A stretch of 41,732 nucleotides of DNA from assembly GCA_046726415.1 (NCBI GenBank), contig JBKPAK010000129.1:1-41732 (forward strand), in the 5' to 3' direction. Of this stretch, positions 9,334 to 18,698 are shown piece by piece; within the stretch, counting starts at the first letter, position 1, and each line of letters opens with the position of its first letter. The DNA comes from Candidatus Methylomirabilota bacterium. GTDB taxonomy: Bacteria; Methylomirabilota; Methylomirabilia; Rokubacteriales; CSP1-6. The notes beneath the pieces were generated by a model, which made no database searches, had not been told where the DNA came from, and was given only the letters and a program-made list of their open reading frames with translations. The position numbers and the translations under genes are program-made.

Positions 9334-9875
9334 GGGGCCCCTGGTGCGGCCGGCCGGACCGCCTCGTCGATACGCCGAGCCAGCCCCGCGAGGCGGTCGT
9401 CGAGGCGATCGAGACGATCCTCTAGCTCGATGATCTGCTTCGCGACGCCCGCCACTTGCGCGCGTGACGGCAGGTTAAGGGCCTGCAGGGCCGCCTCCAC
9501 CGATTGCTCCGCGACGCGCTTGGCGGGGGCCTGGGTCACGAGCCACTGATCGAGGGTCTTGCCCATCATCTGTGCGAAGGCCTCGGTGCTCATGGCCTCG
9601 CTGAGGGCCCGAGACCATGCCTCGATGGACTGGTCGAGAAACTGCTTCCACTGTGTCATCAGCGCCGGGGTGACCGGCGTCTCCGCGAACACGCGCGCCC
9701 ACTGGGCAAGTCCCTGCTCGAACATGGGTTTCCACCAGAAGGCCGCGGGATCGGGCGGGACGGGAGCGGCCCGCTGGGTCATGATCTGCGCCCACGACTT
9801 GGCGCCCTCCTCGAGTTGGCGCTTCCACGTCTCGAACAGCTGTTGCGACGGCGATGGTTCAGTCATGGAAATCAC
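9324..9875 (-). CDS. phaE: PHA synthase small subunit (PhaE / class IV PhaR-like)
   Basis: C-terminal ALNLPSRAQVAGVAKQIIELEDRLD box; directly downstream of phaC. Confidence 0.75.
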   Translation of the reverse strand: MISMTEPSPSQQLFETWKRQLEEGAKSWAQIMTQRAAPVPPDPAAFWWKPMFEQGLAQWARVFAETPVTPALMTQWKQFLDQSIEAWSRALSEAMSTEAFAQMMGKTLDQWLVTQAPAKRVAEQSVEAALQALNLPSRAQVAGVAKQIIELEDRLDRLDDRLAGLARRIDEAVRPAAPGAPTR

Positions 9876-9927
9876 CTGTCACCGAATCGTAGCATGACGC
9901 TGCGCGCCATGCACGACACGGCCTAGG

Positions 9928-11088
9928 TCAGGAGCGCGAGGCCAGCCAGCCCGACACCTGGGGCCAGCAATGGATCGCCGCCCCGCGGCCGGCGATGAGC
10001 GAGATGTGGCCTCCGGGCAGTTCGACGTACTGCTTGTCGTGGCTTCCCACTGCCTCGATCAAGGCGCGCACGCAGGCCGGTGGCGCGATGTAGTCCTCCT
10101 TCGCCCCGACCCCGAACACCGGACACGTAATGGCGCCGAGGCGGACCGGCCGGCCGCCGACGACCAGCTCACCACGGTAGAGCTTGTTATCCTGGTAGAA
10201 GTCGCGCACCCACTGCCGGAAGAATTCGCCCGGAAAGGCCACGTACTCGTTCGCCCACTTGCTGAGGGCGTTGAACCCCTCCACGTATTTGTCGTTCCAG
10301 AGGTTCCACCAGAGGTTCAGGTTGGTGGAGATGTCCATGGTGGGCTTGATGAGCTTGAAGCCGGCCTTGACCACGTCGGCGGGCACCGCGCCCAGGGTGT
10401 CGACGAAGCGGTCGACGTCGAAGAACCGCTTGTCGAGCCACAGCCCGAACAGCCCGATCTTTGCGAAGTCGATCGGTCCCGCCATGTCGATGAAGTTGCG
10501 CACCGGGTATTCGGGATAGGCGGCCACGAAGGACGCGGAAAGCGGCGCGCCCATGCAGTAGCCCAGCACCGATACGTCGCGCGCGCCAGAGACGTCGAGC
10601 ACGTTCTGCGCCACGCGGGGCAAAATCCTCGTCACGCACTCCTCGACTCCGAGATCGTCGTCCTCCGGACCGAAGACTCCCCAGTCGAGCAGGAAGAAGT
10701 CGAAGCCCTGCCTGGTCATGTACTCGATGAAGCTGCCGCCCGGAAGGAGGTCGAAGATGTACGGCCGGCTGATCCCGAGGTTGGGTACGAACAGGACCGG
10801 GGTGCGGTGTGAGCGCGGCGAGGCGTACCGGTAGAGCCGAGTCTTGTTCTTCTTGTAGACCTCTTCACGCGGCGTCTGCCCGACTTTCGGGGTGGCCGGA
10901 TGGAGCATCATGTCAGTCAAGTTGCGGACGCGCTTGACGTTCCGCTCGAACTCGTCCTGCCACTGCTTCACCACGTCAGGGGAGCCGGGGAGCTCACCGT
11001 TAAGGTCGCCGCGGGTACCACCAGTCTCAGCCTTGGAATAGCCGCGGGTCACGCGCTCCGCCACGTCCGCAGATCGCTCTGGGGCCAT
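9928..11088 (-). CDS. phaC: Poly(3-hydroxyalkanoate) synthase PhaC, class III/IV size
   Basis: GQTPRE, RPYIFDL, lipase box GYCMG, catalytic Asp (EDYIAPP) and His (GGHISL); 386 aa. Confidence 0.9.
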   Translation of the reverse strand: MAPERSADVAERVTRGYSKAETGGTRGDLNGELPGSPDVVKQWQDEFERNVKRVRNLTDMMLHPATPKVGQTPREEVYKKNKTRLYRYASPRSHRTPVLFVPNLGISRPYIFDLLPGGSFIEYMTRQGFDFFLLDWGVFGPEDDDLGVEECVTRILPRVAQNVLDVSGARDVSVLGYCMGAPLSASFVAAYPEYPVRNFIDMAGPIDFAKIGLFGLWLDKRFFDVDRFVDTLGAVPADVVKAGFKLIKPTMDISTNLNLWWNLWNDKYVEGFNALSKWANEYVAFPGEFFRQWVRDFYQDNKLYRGELVVGGRPVRLGAITCPVFGVGAKEDYIAPPACVRALIEAVGSHDKQYVELPGGHISLIAGRGAAIHCWPQVSGWLASRS

Positions 11089-11113
11089 CAGCCGCTCCTG
11101 TCAGCTTCAGCCG

Positions 11114-11434
11114 TCACATCGAGAACATGGAACCGAGCTTCATGGCCAGTCCCATGTCACCCTTGACCTTGAGCTTGCCCGACATGAAGAGCATCTGTCC
11201 CCCCTGCTTGCCCGCGGTCATGTCGAGCCAGTCTTGCGCCCCGATCTGCAGCGTGAGGTTCGGACTGGCTGCCGCGCCATCCCGCACCGTGCACGTTCCG
11301 TCCTTGATGACGGCATGCCAAGTCCCGCCGCCCTCACCGCTGATGTCGTACTGGATGGTGGCGTTGGTCCCCGTCGCCCGGTCGGCGCGGAACTTGGCGG
11401 GCATCGCGTCGAACGTTTCTTTCACCGTCGGCAT
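11114..11434 (-). CDS. SCP2 sterol/lipid-binding domain protein
   Basis: LFMSGKLKVKGDMGLAMKL signature. Confidence 0.92.
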   Translation of the reverse strand: MPTVKETFDAMPAKFRADRATGTNATIQYDISGEGGGTWHAVIKDGTCTVRDGAAASPNLTLQIGAQDWLDMTAGKQGGQMLFMSGKLKVKGDMGLAMKLGSMFSM

Positions 11435-11513
11435 TGCGCTCCTCCTTCTGAGCTATCTCCTGGCTCGCCTCGGACGGCGGACCTCCGCCCCGGATGTCCT
11501 GCGGCTCGCATAG

Positions 11514-12263
11514 CTAAAACGTGAACAGGTCCATGCCCCCAGTGACCGTCAGCACGGCGCCCGTGACATAGCGCGCGCGCTCCGAGCAGAGGAACGCCAC
11601 GGCATGCGCCACGTCTTCGGGGGCGCCCTCCCGCTGCATGGCGACCCGCTTGACCATGCGCTCGTACATTGGGCTCAGGGTGGCGTTGGGGCCGATGATA
11701 CCGGGGGCGAGCACATTCGAGGTCACGTTGTGGCGCGCCCCTTCGAGAGCTACCGAGCGAGCGAAGCCGATCACCCCCATCTTGGTCGTGGCGTAGGCCG
11801 CCTGCCCGAACCCGCCCATGAGGCCCGCGATGGAAGCCATGCAGATGACGCGTCCCCAGCGTCGCTCGCGCATGCCGGGAAACACCGCTTTCGTCACATT
11901 GTACGTGCCGGTGAGGTTCACCGCGAGGTTCAGCTCCCAGTCCTCGTCGCGCAAGTCCTTGAGCTGCCCCAGCGTGTAGATGATCCCCGCGTTGTTGATG
12001 CAGATGTCTATGGGGCCTAAATCGCGCTCGATCTGCCCCACCACCGCGGCCACCTGGTGGGCCTGGCGAATGTCACACTCGTAGCCGCGCGCTCGCCCCC
12101 CGGCCGCCTCGATGCCCTGCGCCACCTGCGTGGCGCCCTCGGCGTTCAGATCGACGATGGCGACCCGGCAACCCTCGCCGGCGAGGACCTCGGCGTCTGC
12201 CCTGCCCAGGCTGCGCGCCCCCCCGGTCACGATGGCCACCCGATCGCGAATTCCGAGGTCCAC
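11514..12263 (-). CDS. SDR family oxidoreductase (FabG-like)
   Basis: GTG start (M)DLGIRDRVAIVTGGARSLG; NNAG, YATTK. Confidence 0.9.
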   Translation of the reverse strand: MDLGIRDRVAIVTGGARSLGRADAEVLAGEGCRVAIVDLNAEGATQVAQGIEAAGGRARGYECDIRQAHQVAAVVGQIERDLGPIDICINNAGIIYTLGQLKDLRDEDWELNLAVNLTGTYNVTKAVFPGMRERRWGRVICMASIAGLMGGFGQAAYATTKMGVIGFARSVALEGARHNVTSNVLAPGIIGPNATLSPMYERMVKRVAMQREGAPEDVAHAVAFLCSERARYVTGAVLTVTGGMDLFTF

Positions 12264-12267
12264 CGCG

Positions 12268-13041
12268 CTACCGGCCCTTGAATTCGGGTTCCCGCTTGGC
12301 GAAGAAGGCCTGGATGCCCTCGGCGGCATCCTCCGTGCGCAGCGCCTTGAGGAAGGCGCGCACCTCGATGTCGAGGGCCTTCTCGATCGGCGCCTCCAGC
12401 CCCTCGTCGACCGCCTCAATGATGAGACGGGTCGCCACCGGTGGTCGCTTGGCGAGCTGGCGCGCCAGGGCCTTGGCCTCCGCCAACGTCTCCCCTTCCC
12501 GGCATAGTCGGTTGACGAGCCCGAGAGCCAGGCATTCCTCGGCGGGGATCTGCGTGCCGAGGATGAGGAACTCCAGAGCCCTGGCGCGGCCGACGAGTCG
12601 CGGCAGGCGTTGCGTGCCACCGTAGCCCGGAATGATGCCGAGATTCGATTCGGTTTGCCCCATCCTCGCCCCCTGCTTGAGGAGCCGGAAGTGACAGGCC
12701 ATCGCGATCTCGCAGCCTCCCCCGAGGGCATGACCGTTCATGGCCGCGATGACGGGCTTCGGAAAGCGCTCGATCCGGCGCACCACGCCGGTTCCGAAGC
12801 GCACGAAGCTCTCGACGTCTCCGCCCGCGAACGCTGATCCGAGATCGGCGCCTGCGCAGAAGATTCGATCGCCGGCGCCAGTGACGATGACACTGCGCAC
12901 GGCATCATCGGTCTCGAAGCCGGCGAGAGCGGCGTTCAGCTCGCGCATGAGCGCCTCGCTGATGGCGTTGGCGGGAGGACGGTTGAGCGTGATGAGGCCA
13001 AAGCTCTCCTCCGTCGCCACGACCAACGTTTCATATGGCAT
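12268..13041 (-). CDS. Enoyl-CoA hydratase/isomerase
   Basis: FCAGADL, GHALGGGCEIA, ESNLGIIPGYGGTQRL. Confidence 0.94.
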   Translation of the reverse strand: MPYETLVVATEESFGLITLNRPPANAISEALMRELNAALAGFETDDAVRSVIVTGAGDRIFCAGADLGSAFAGGDVESFVRFGTGVVRRIERFPKPVIAAMNGHALGGGCEIAMACHFRLLKQGARMGQTESNLGIIPGYGGTQRLPRLVGRARALEFLILGTQIPAEECLALGLVNRLCREGETLAEAKALARQLAKRPPVATRLIIEAVDEGLEAPIEKALDIEVRAFLKALRTEDAAEGIQAFFAKREPEFKGR

Positions 13042-13618
13042 GCGCCGACACCCCTTTCAAGAAGATGGCGGCCACCGCGTCGGCCGCCTCGGTCAGACGG
13101 TACTGGCGCTTGCCCAACACCCAGGACGTGGCGAGCTGGTCCATGGCGCCGAATAACATCTTGGTGGCCATCTTGATCGGCACGTCGTGGCGGATGTGGC
13201 CGCTGGCCATACCTTCCTCGAGGGTCGAGGAGATCAGCTCGAAGTACGCGGAGACCTCCCGGGCGGAGGCGCCACGGAAGAACTTGTGTCCCTGGCGAAG
13301 CTCCACTTGCACGACCTCAGCCAGGTCGGGGTTCCCCTCCAGCACCTGAAAGTGCAACGCCACCAGCCGCCGGATCTTGGCGACCGCGTCGGCCTCGGCG
13401 GCGATTTCACGCCGCACGTGCGCCACCCACTCCGCCATCTTCTCCCGGAAGAGGGTCACGAGGATCTCGTCCTTGGTTTTGAAGTAGAGGTAAATTGTCC
13501 CGCTGGCGATGCCCGCCTCGCGGGCGATGTCGGAGACGCGCGAGTTGTAGTAGCCACTGCGGGCGAAGACGCGGACCGCGGCGTCGATGATGGCCTGGGG
13601 TTTATCCGGATCGCGCAT
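13031..13618 (-). CDS. TetR-family regulator, FadR(YsiA)-like
   Basis: IAREAGIASGTIYLYFKTKDEIL HTH; VELRQ and FGAMDQLATSW resemble Bacillus FadR-type C-terminal domain. Confidence 0.9.
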   Translation of the reverse strand: MRDPDKPQAIIDAAVRVFARSGYYNSRVSDIAREAGIASGTIYLYFKTKDEILVTLFREKMAEWVAHVRREIAAEADAVAKIRRLVALHFQVLEGNPDLAEVVQVELRQGHKFFRGASAREVSAYFELISSTLEEGMASGHIRHDVPIKMATKMLFGAMDQLATSWVLGKRQYRLTEAADAVAAIFLKGVSAHAI

Positions 13619-13624
13619 GATGCC

Positions 13625-13671
13625 TGAATGAACCGCCAGTCATGGTACGGGCCCAATCACGCAGCTGTCAA
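13625..13671 (-). promoter_or_regulatory. sigma70 promoter (TTGACA-N18-TACCAT) with overlapping FadR-type operator
   Basis: Minus-strand TTGACA 13671-13666, TACCAT 13647-13642; imperfect palindrome TGAATGA-ACCG-CCAGTCA at 13625-13642. Confidence 0.7.
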
Positions 13672-13735
13672 CGAACGCCTCCAGCGGCGCGCCCCACTCT
13701 TGTCCCCCAGACGAGGGGCTCGGCATCCTCGCCGC

Positions 13736-16700
13736 TCACACCTTGAAGTAGCGGGCCTCGGGGTGGTGGAAGACGAGGGCGGACACCGACGCCTCGGGGT
13801 CCATCATGTAGCTCTCGGTAAGGGCGATGCCGATCTGCTCCGGGGCGAGCAGCTTCCAGAGGATCGCCTGATCGGACAGGTTTGGACAGGCCGGATAACC
13901 GAACGACACGCGGATGCCGCGGTAGCGACCCTTGAGTCGGTCCGCCACGGTGACCTCGGGAGCATCCGGGAAGCCCCACAGCGTCCGGAGCCGCGCGTGC
14001 AGCATTTCTGCGAAGGCCTCCGCGCCCTCGATGGCCAACGCCTGCAACGCGTGCGAGCGCAGGTATTCACCGCGATCCTGAAGAGTCCGCGCCCGCGCCC
14101 GGACGCCCTCGCCGCACGTCACGGCCAGCATGGCCACGTAATCGTCGACGTCGTCGCGAACGAAGTCGCTCAGGCACCGGCCGTCTCCCTCCCGCTGGCG
14201 CGGGAACTCGAAGCGCGCAACCTCGTCGCCCGCTTCGTCCAGGATCCTCAGTGCGTCACCCGCCGCCCGCGCGCGGAACCACTGGTAGACACCCTGGGCC
14301 CGCAGCAGCCGCTCAGCGACGGCCTCCCGCTGAAGGCCATCGACCAGCGCGCGCAGCTCCCGAGCCCGGGCGTCGCCCTCGGCGAACAGACGAGCGACCA
14401 GACCGCGCAGCCCGAGGTGCTTGCCATAGAGCATTTGGAGGTTCAGGTAGGGATAAATGTGGGTCAGGGGCACATCGCGTAGAAGGTGTGGGTCGAGGTC
14501 GGGGGGCTTCATCACCGGGGTACGCGAGACCCGCGATGGAGGCGCCACGGGTAAGGGGGAAGCCGCCGGCGCCTCGGACGAGGCGTCACCCCTGGCCAGC
14601 ACCGCGTGCTCACGACCGATCCGCTCGACGAGGGCGTCCCGGGTCGCGGGCGAGAAGAGCTGGTTCGCGAGCTCCAGCCCGTCCATCGCGTCGCGCGCGT
14701 ACAGGGTGAGGCCTCCGTACTCGGGCGCGATGCGCGTCGCCGTGAACTTTCGCGTGAGGGCGGCTCCGCCCACGAAGAGCGGGATGTCGATGTCGGCGTT
14801 TCGCAGATCCTGGGCGGTGACTACCATCTGCTGGGCCGACTTGACGAGCAGACCGGAGAGGCCGATGGCGTCGGGGCGGTGGGTATGATAGGCGGCGATC
14901 AACTCTTCGGGCGGGATCTTGATGCCGAGATTGACAATCCGATAGCCATTGTTCGCGAAGATGATCTCGACGAGATTCTTGCCGATGTCGTGGACGTCAC
15001 CCTTGACGGTGGCCAGCAGGAGGGTGGCACGGCTGGCTGACTCCGTCCGCTCCATGAATGGCTCGAGAAAGCCCACCGCCGCCTTCATGGCCTCGGCCGA
15101 CTGGAGGACCTCGGCCACGATGAGCTGGTTGTCATTGAAGAGGCGGCCCACTTCGTCCATGCCGCGCATGAGGGGACCATTGATGATGTCGAGCGGCGCC
15201 GCCTCCTGCAGCTTCAGGGCGAGATCGGCGGGCAAGCCCTCGCGCGAGCCCTCCACGATGTAGTGGGCCAGCCGCTCATCGAGGCCGAGGGCGTGAGTCA
15301 CCGCGGCGGCCTTGGTACGGCCTCGGAAGTGGGTCGCGAACGCCGCCACCGGATCCGACCCACGCCAGAAGATGAGGTCCTCGGCGAGCGCGCGCTCCTC
15401 CTCGGGGATGGAGGCATAGCGCTCCAGGCGCTCGGTGTTGACGATGGCGTAGTCGAGCCCCGCCTTCGTGCAGTGGTAGAGGAACACCGAGTTCAGGACC
15501 TCCCGACCGGCCGGCGGTAGTCCGAACGACACGTTGGAGATGCCGAGAATGATCTTGCTATCCGGGAAGCGCTCCTTGATGGCTCTCACACCCTCGATCG
15601 TCTCCGCCGCCGAGCCGATGTAGTTTGCATCGCCGGTTCCCACCGGGAACACCAGCGGATCAAAGATCAGATCGCGCCCCGGGAGTCCGTACTTCCCAGT
15701 CAGCAGCGCATGCGATCGCTCGGCCACCGCCAGCTTGCGCTGGCGCGAGACGGCCATCCCCTGCTGCTTGTCCTCGTCGATGCAACCGACCACCACGGAA
15801 GCCCCGTAGGTCGCGAGCAGAGGGGCGACGACGGCAAAACGCTCTTCGCCGTCCTCTAGGTTGATGGAGTTGACGATGGCCTTGCCCTGACAGTGGCGCA
15901 GCGCCAACTCGATGACGCGAGGATCGGTCGAGTCGATCATCAACGGGACCTTCACTCGCCGCGTCAGCTGGACCATGAAGCGGTCCATATCCATCGCCTC
16001 GTCCCGATCGGGATTGGCGAGGCACACGTCGAGGACCTGGGCGCCGGCCTTGACCTGGGCGCGGCCGATCTCGCCGGCGTCCTCGAAGCGCTCGGCCACG
16101 ACAAGCTCCTTGAAGCGCCGTGAGCCGATCACGTTGGTGCGCTCGCCCACGAAGACAGGTCGGTTGTCGTCGCTCGGGAGGAGCAGCTCGACGCCGCTCA
16201 CGGCCACCAGATTCGCGGAGGCGGGCCGGCGAGGCGGCCGGCCGCGCACCATCTCGGCAATGGCCCGGATGTGCTCCGGCGTCGTCCCGCAGCAGCCGCC
16301 CACGAGGTTGACCCACCCCTCATCCACGAAGCGCCGCAGCTTGAGGGCCAAGCTCTGCGGCGTCTCGCCGTACTGCCCACGCTCGTCTGGAAGGCCAGCG
16401 TTGGGATACACGCTGACGAAGCACGGGGTGAGGGCGGCGAGGGATCGGAGATGATCCGTCATGAACTCGGGCCCGGTGGCGCAGTTAAGGCCGATCGACA
16501 GAGGCCGGAGGTGCTCGACGGAGACCGCGAACGCTTCGACAGCCTGCCCGGCAAGCATGGTGCCCATGGGCTCGATCGTCGCGCTGAGCATGAGCGGCAG
16601 ATCGACACCAGCCTCCCGCATGGCTTGCCGCACCCCGATCCCGGCCGCCTTGACGTTCAGGGTGTCCTGCGCCGTCTCCAGCATGAGCGCGTCCACACCT

Positions 16701-17140
16701 CCGTCGATGAGCGCGGCGGCCTGCATCGCGTAGCCGTCCCGAACCTCGTCGAAGGTGACGTTGCGGGTTACCGAGATCGATCGCGTGGACGGCCCCAGCG
16801 CTCCGACGACCAGCCGTCGTCCCGCCACCTCGCGAGCCAGGCCGGCGGCAGCGCGTGTGATCTCGTAGGCGCGATCGGCCAGACCGTACTCCGCGAGCAC
16901 CCAGGGCGCACAGCCAAACGTGTTGGTGGAAATCAGATCGGCGCCGGCCTCGAAGTAGGCGGCGTGAACATGGCGGACGATATCGGGACGGGTGATGTTC
17001 AGATGCTCGTTGCATCCCTCGAGGGAAGGGCCACCAAAGTCGGCCGGGGTCAGATCGGCGTTCTGGAGCATGGTGCCCATCGCGCCGTCGAGGACGAGGA
17101 TCTGCTGGAGGAGCGCTTCACGCAACCGATGATGAGTCAT
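13736..17140 (-). CDS. metH: Cobalamin-dependent methionine synthase
   Basis: LDGAMGTMLQ, GLNCATGP, GGCCGTTP, GERTNVIGS, DVHDIG B12 motif, GYPACP; 1134 aa. Confidence 0.97.
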   Translation of the reverse strand: MTHHRLREALLQQILVLDGAMGTMLQNADLTPADFGGPSLEGCNEHLNITRPDIVRHVHAAYFEAGADLISTNTFGCAPWVLAEYGLADRAYEITRAAAGLAREVAGRRLVVGALGPSTRSISVTRNVTFDEVRDGYAMQAAALIDGGVDALMLETAQDTLNVKAAGIGVRQAMREAGVDLPLMLSATIEPMGTMLAGQAVEAFAVSVEHLRPLSIGLNCATGPEFMTDHLRSLAALTPCFVSVYPNAGLPDERGQYGETPQSLALKLRRFVDEGWVNLVGGCCGTTPEHIRAIAEMVRGRPPRRPASANLVAVSGVELLLPSDDNRPVFVGERTNVIGSRRFKELVVAERFEDAGEIGRAQVKAGAQVLDVCLANPDRDEAMDMDRFMVQLTRRVKVPLMIDSTDPRVIELALRHCQGKAIVNSINLEDGEERFAVVAPLLATYGASVVVGCIDEDKQQGMAVSRQRKLAVAERSHALLTGKYGLPGRDLIFDPLVFPVGTGDANYIGSAAETIEGVRAIKERFPDSKIILGISNVSFGLPPAGREVLNSVFLYHCTKAGLDYAIVNTERLERYASIPEEERALAEDLIFWRGSDPVAAFATHFRGRTKAAAVTHALGLDERLAHYIVEGSREGLPADLALKLQEAAPLDIINGPLMRGMDEVGRLFNDNQLIVAEVLQSAEAMKAAVGFLEPFMERTESASRATLLLATVKGDVHDIGKNLVEIIFANNGYRIVNLGIKIPPEELIAAYHTHRPDAIGLSGLLVKSAQQMVVTAQDLRNADIDIPLFVGGAALTRKFTATRIAPEYGGLTLYARDAMDGLELANQLFSPATRDALVERIGREHAVLARGDASSEAPAASPLPVAPPSRVSRTPVMKPPDLDPHLLRDVPLTHIYPYLNLQMLYGKHLGLRGLVARLFAEGDARARELRALVDGLQREAVAERLLRAQGVYQWFRARAAGDALRILDEAGDEVARFEFPRQREGDGRCLSDFVRDDVDDYVAMLAVTCGEGVRARARTLQDRGEYLRSHALQALAIEGAEAFAEMLHARLRTLWGFPDAPEVTVADRLKGRYRGIRVSFGYPACPNLSDQAILWKLLAPEQIGIALTESYMMDPEASVSALVFHHPEARYFKV

Positions 17141-17416
17141 AGCTCATCGTGGCCCAAGGCGGGCCAAGATGCCAACAGAATGCCAAGTGACAATCTCGCT
17201 CGATCCATCGAGCTCTTCGCCTGAGTGCCCGTGGACAGTCTTAGAATATGATCTGGATGTCACATTGTAGGCCAGAGTGTGCAACGGTGAATCCCGCTCG
17301 GGATGCGACGGCCACGGAGGACAGTCGCGACCTTATGTTCGGGCCGCCGCGGCCTGATCGGTGCAATCAGCGTCCCCTTTCTGCCCCAGGGTTCCACGGA
17401 TTCGAAACTTCTGGGC

Positions 17417-17433
17417 TTGGCACGAGCCTTGTA
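17417..17433 (+). promoter_or_regulatory. Candidate sigma54 -24/-12 promoter
   Basis: TTGGCACGAGCCTTGTA vs consensus YTGGCACGNNNNTTGCW (GT instead of GC at -12), about 50 bp before the activator ATG. Confidence 0.55.
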
Positions 17434-17484
17434 TGCTGGACCGAACGCCGTCACGACGGCGATCTTGAAACCACGAGGATCAGC

Positions 17485-18675
17485 ATGCCAGGCCAAGAGA
17501 CTCACCGCTTCTCTGACGATACCGCATCGCTCCTCAAGCCTCTTGCCGACGACGAAGTCGAGCGGGCGGTCACGCGCGTTCTGGAACGCGTCACGCTCGG
17601 CCAGGAGGTCGAGCGCCTCCGCGCCCAGCTGACCGCCGCGGGGCGACGCCGACGGCCCTCGCAGCTGAATTACGAGTGGCCGTTCATGAACAGCATGCGG
17701 ATGCACGCGGTCAAGGACATGATCGACCGCGTGGCCGGCACCGATGCCACGGTCCTCGTGTGGGGTGAGAGCGGAGTCGGCAAGGAGCTGGTGACGCGGG
17801 CCATCCACGACAAGTCGCCCCGGCGGGACCGCCCCTTCGTGAAGGTGAATTGCGCGGCGTTGCCCCTCGAGTTGCTGGAGAGCGAGCTGTTCGGTTACGA
17901 GCGGGGTGCCTTCACCGGCGCCCACCGGCAGAAGCCAGGGAAGTTCGAGCTGGCCAACCACGGGACGATCTTCCTGGACGAAATCGGGGAGATGCCCATG
18001 CCGGTGCAGGCCAAGCTGCTCCAGGTCCTTCAGGATCGCGAGTTCTCCCGCCTCGGAAGCCAATCCGACATCCGGGTGGATGTGCGGGTGATCGCCGCCA
18101 CCAACAAGGATCTCGCTCGCCTCGTCCAGCAGCGGCACTTTCGCGAAGACCTCTATTACCGGCTCAACGTGCTCAATATCCATGTGCCGCCGCTGCGCGA
18201 GCGCCAAGAGGAAATTCCCGTGCTCGTCGAGTACTTCCTCGACGTGTACTCTCGAGAGTACGGTCGCGCGCGCCAAGAGGTCACGGCAGAAACCATGACG
18301 CTCTTCATGGACTACACTTGGGGGGGGAACGTCCGCGAGCTCGAAAACATCATCAAGCGAATCGTGGCGTTGGGCAATGAGGTGCACGTGGTCCAGGAGC
18401 TGACCCGGCGGCCGACGGAGGTCATCGAGGCCCCCGCGGTCGGCGCGCCGGTCCCGCCCCCGTCCCCGGTCGCCCCGGGACCTCCTGTCCGCCGGTGGGA
18501 CGAGACGCTCGGCCTGCGCGAAATCGCTCGCCGCGCGGCTCGTGAGGCAGAGGAGATGGCGCTCAAGGAAGTTCTCGATCGCGTGCGGTGGCATCGCATG
18601 GAGGCTGCCCGGCGTCTCAGGGTCAGTTACAAGACATTGCTGCGCAAGATGCAGGAATGCGGCTTGGCGAGCTGA
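17485..18675 (+). CDS. sigma54-dependent enhancer-binding protein with truncated receiver domain
   Basis: GESGVGKE, ESELFG, GAFTGA, FLDEIGE, GNVRELEN, C-terminal Fis-type HTH; start chosen at GAGGA-preceded ATG. Confidence 0.9.
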   Translation: MPGQETHRFSDDTASLLKPLADDEVERAVTRVLERVTLGQEVERLRAQLTAAGRRRRPSQLNYEWPFMNSMRMHAVKDMIDRVAGTDATVLVWGESGVGKELVTRAIHDKSPRRDRPFVKVNCAALPLELLESELFGYERGAFTGAHRQKPGKFELANHGTIFLDEIGEMPMPVQAKLLQVLQDREFSRLGSQSDIRVDVRVIAATNKDLARLVQQRHFREDLYYRLNVLNIHVPPLRERQEEIPVLVEYFLDVYSREYGRARQEVTAETMTLFMDYTWGGNVRELENIIKRIVALGNEVHVVQELTRRPTEVIEAPAVGAPVPPPSPVAPGPPVRRWDETLGLREIARRAAREAEEMALKEVLDRVRWHRMEAARRLRVSYKTLLRKMQECGLAS

Positions 18676-18698
18676 GGCTTAGCGAGGAGCGAGGTGCG

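Noticed and set aside
17141-17400. Cobalamin or SAM riboswitch upstream of metH
   Set aside because: No B12-box or SAM core motifs recognised by eye; an Rfam scan would be decisive
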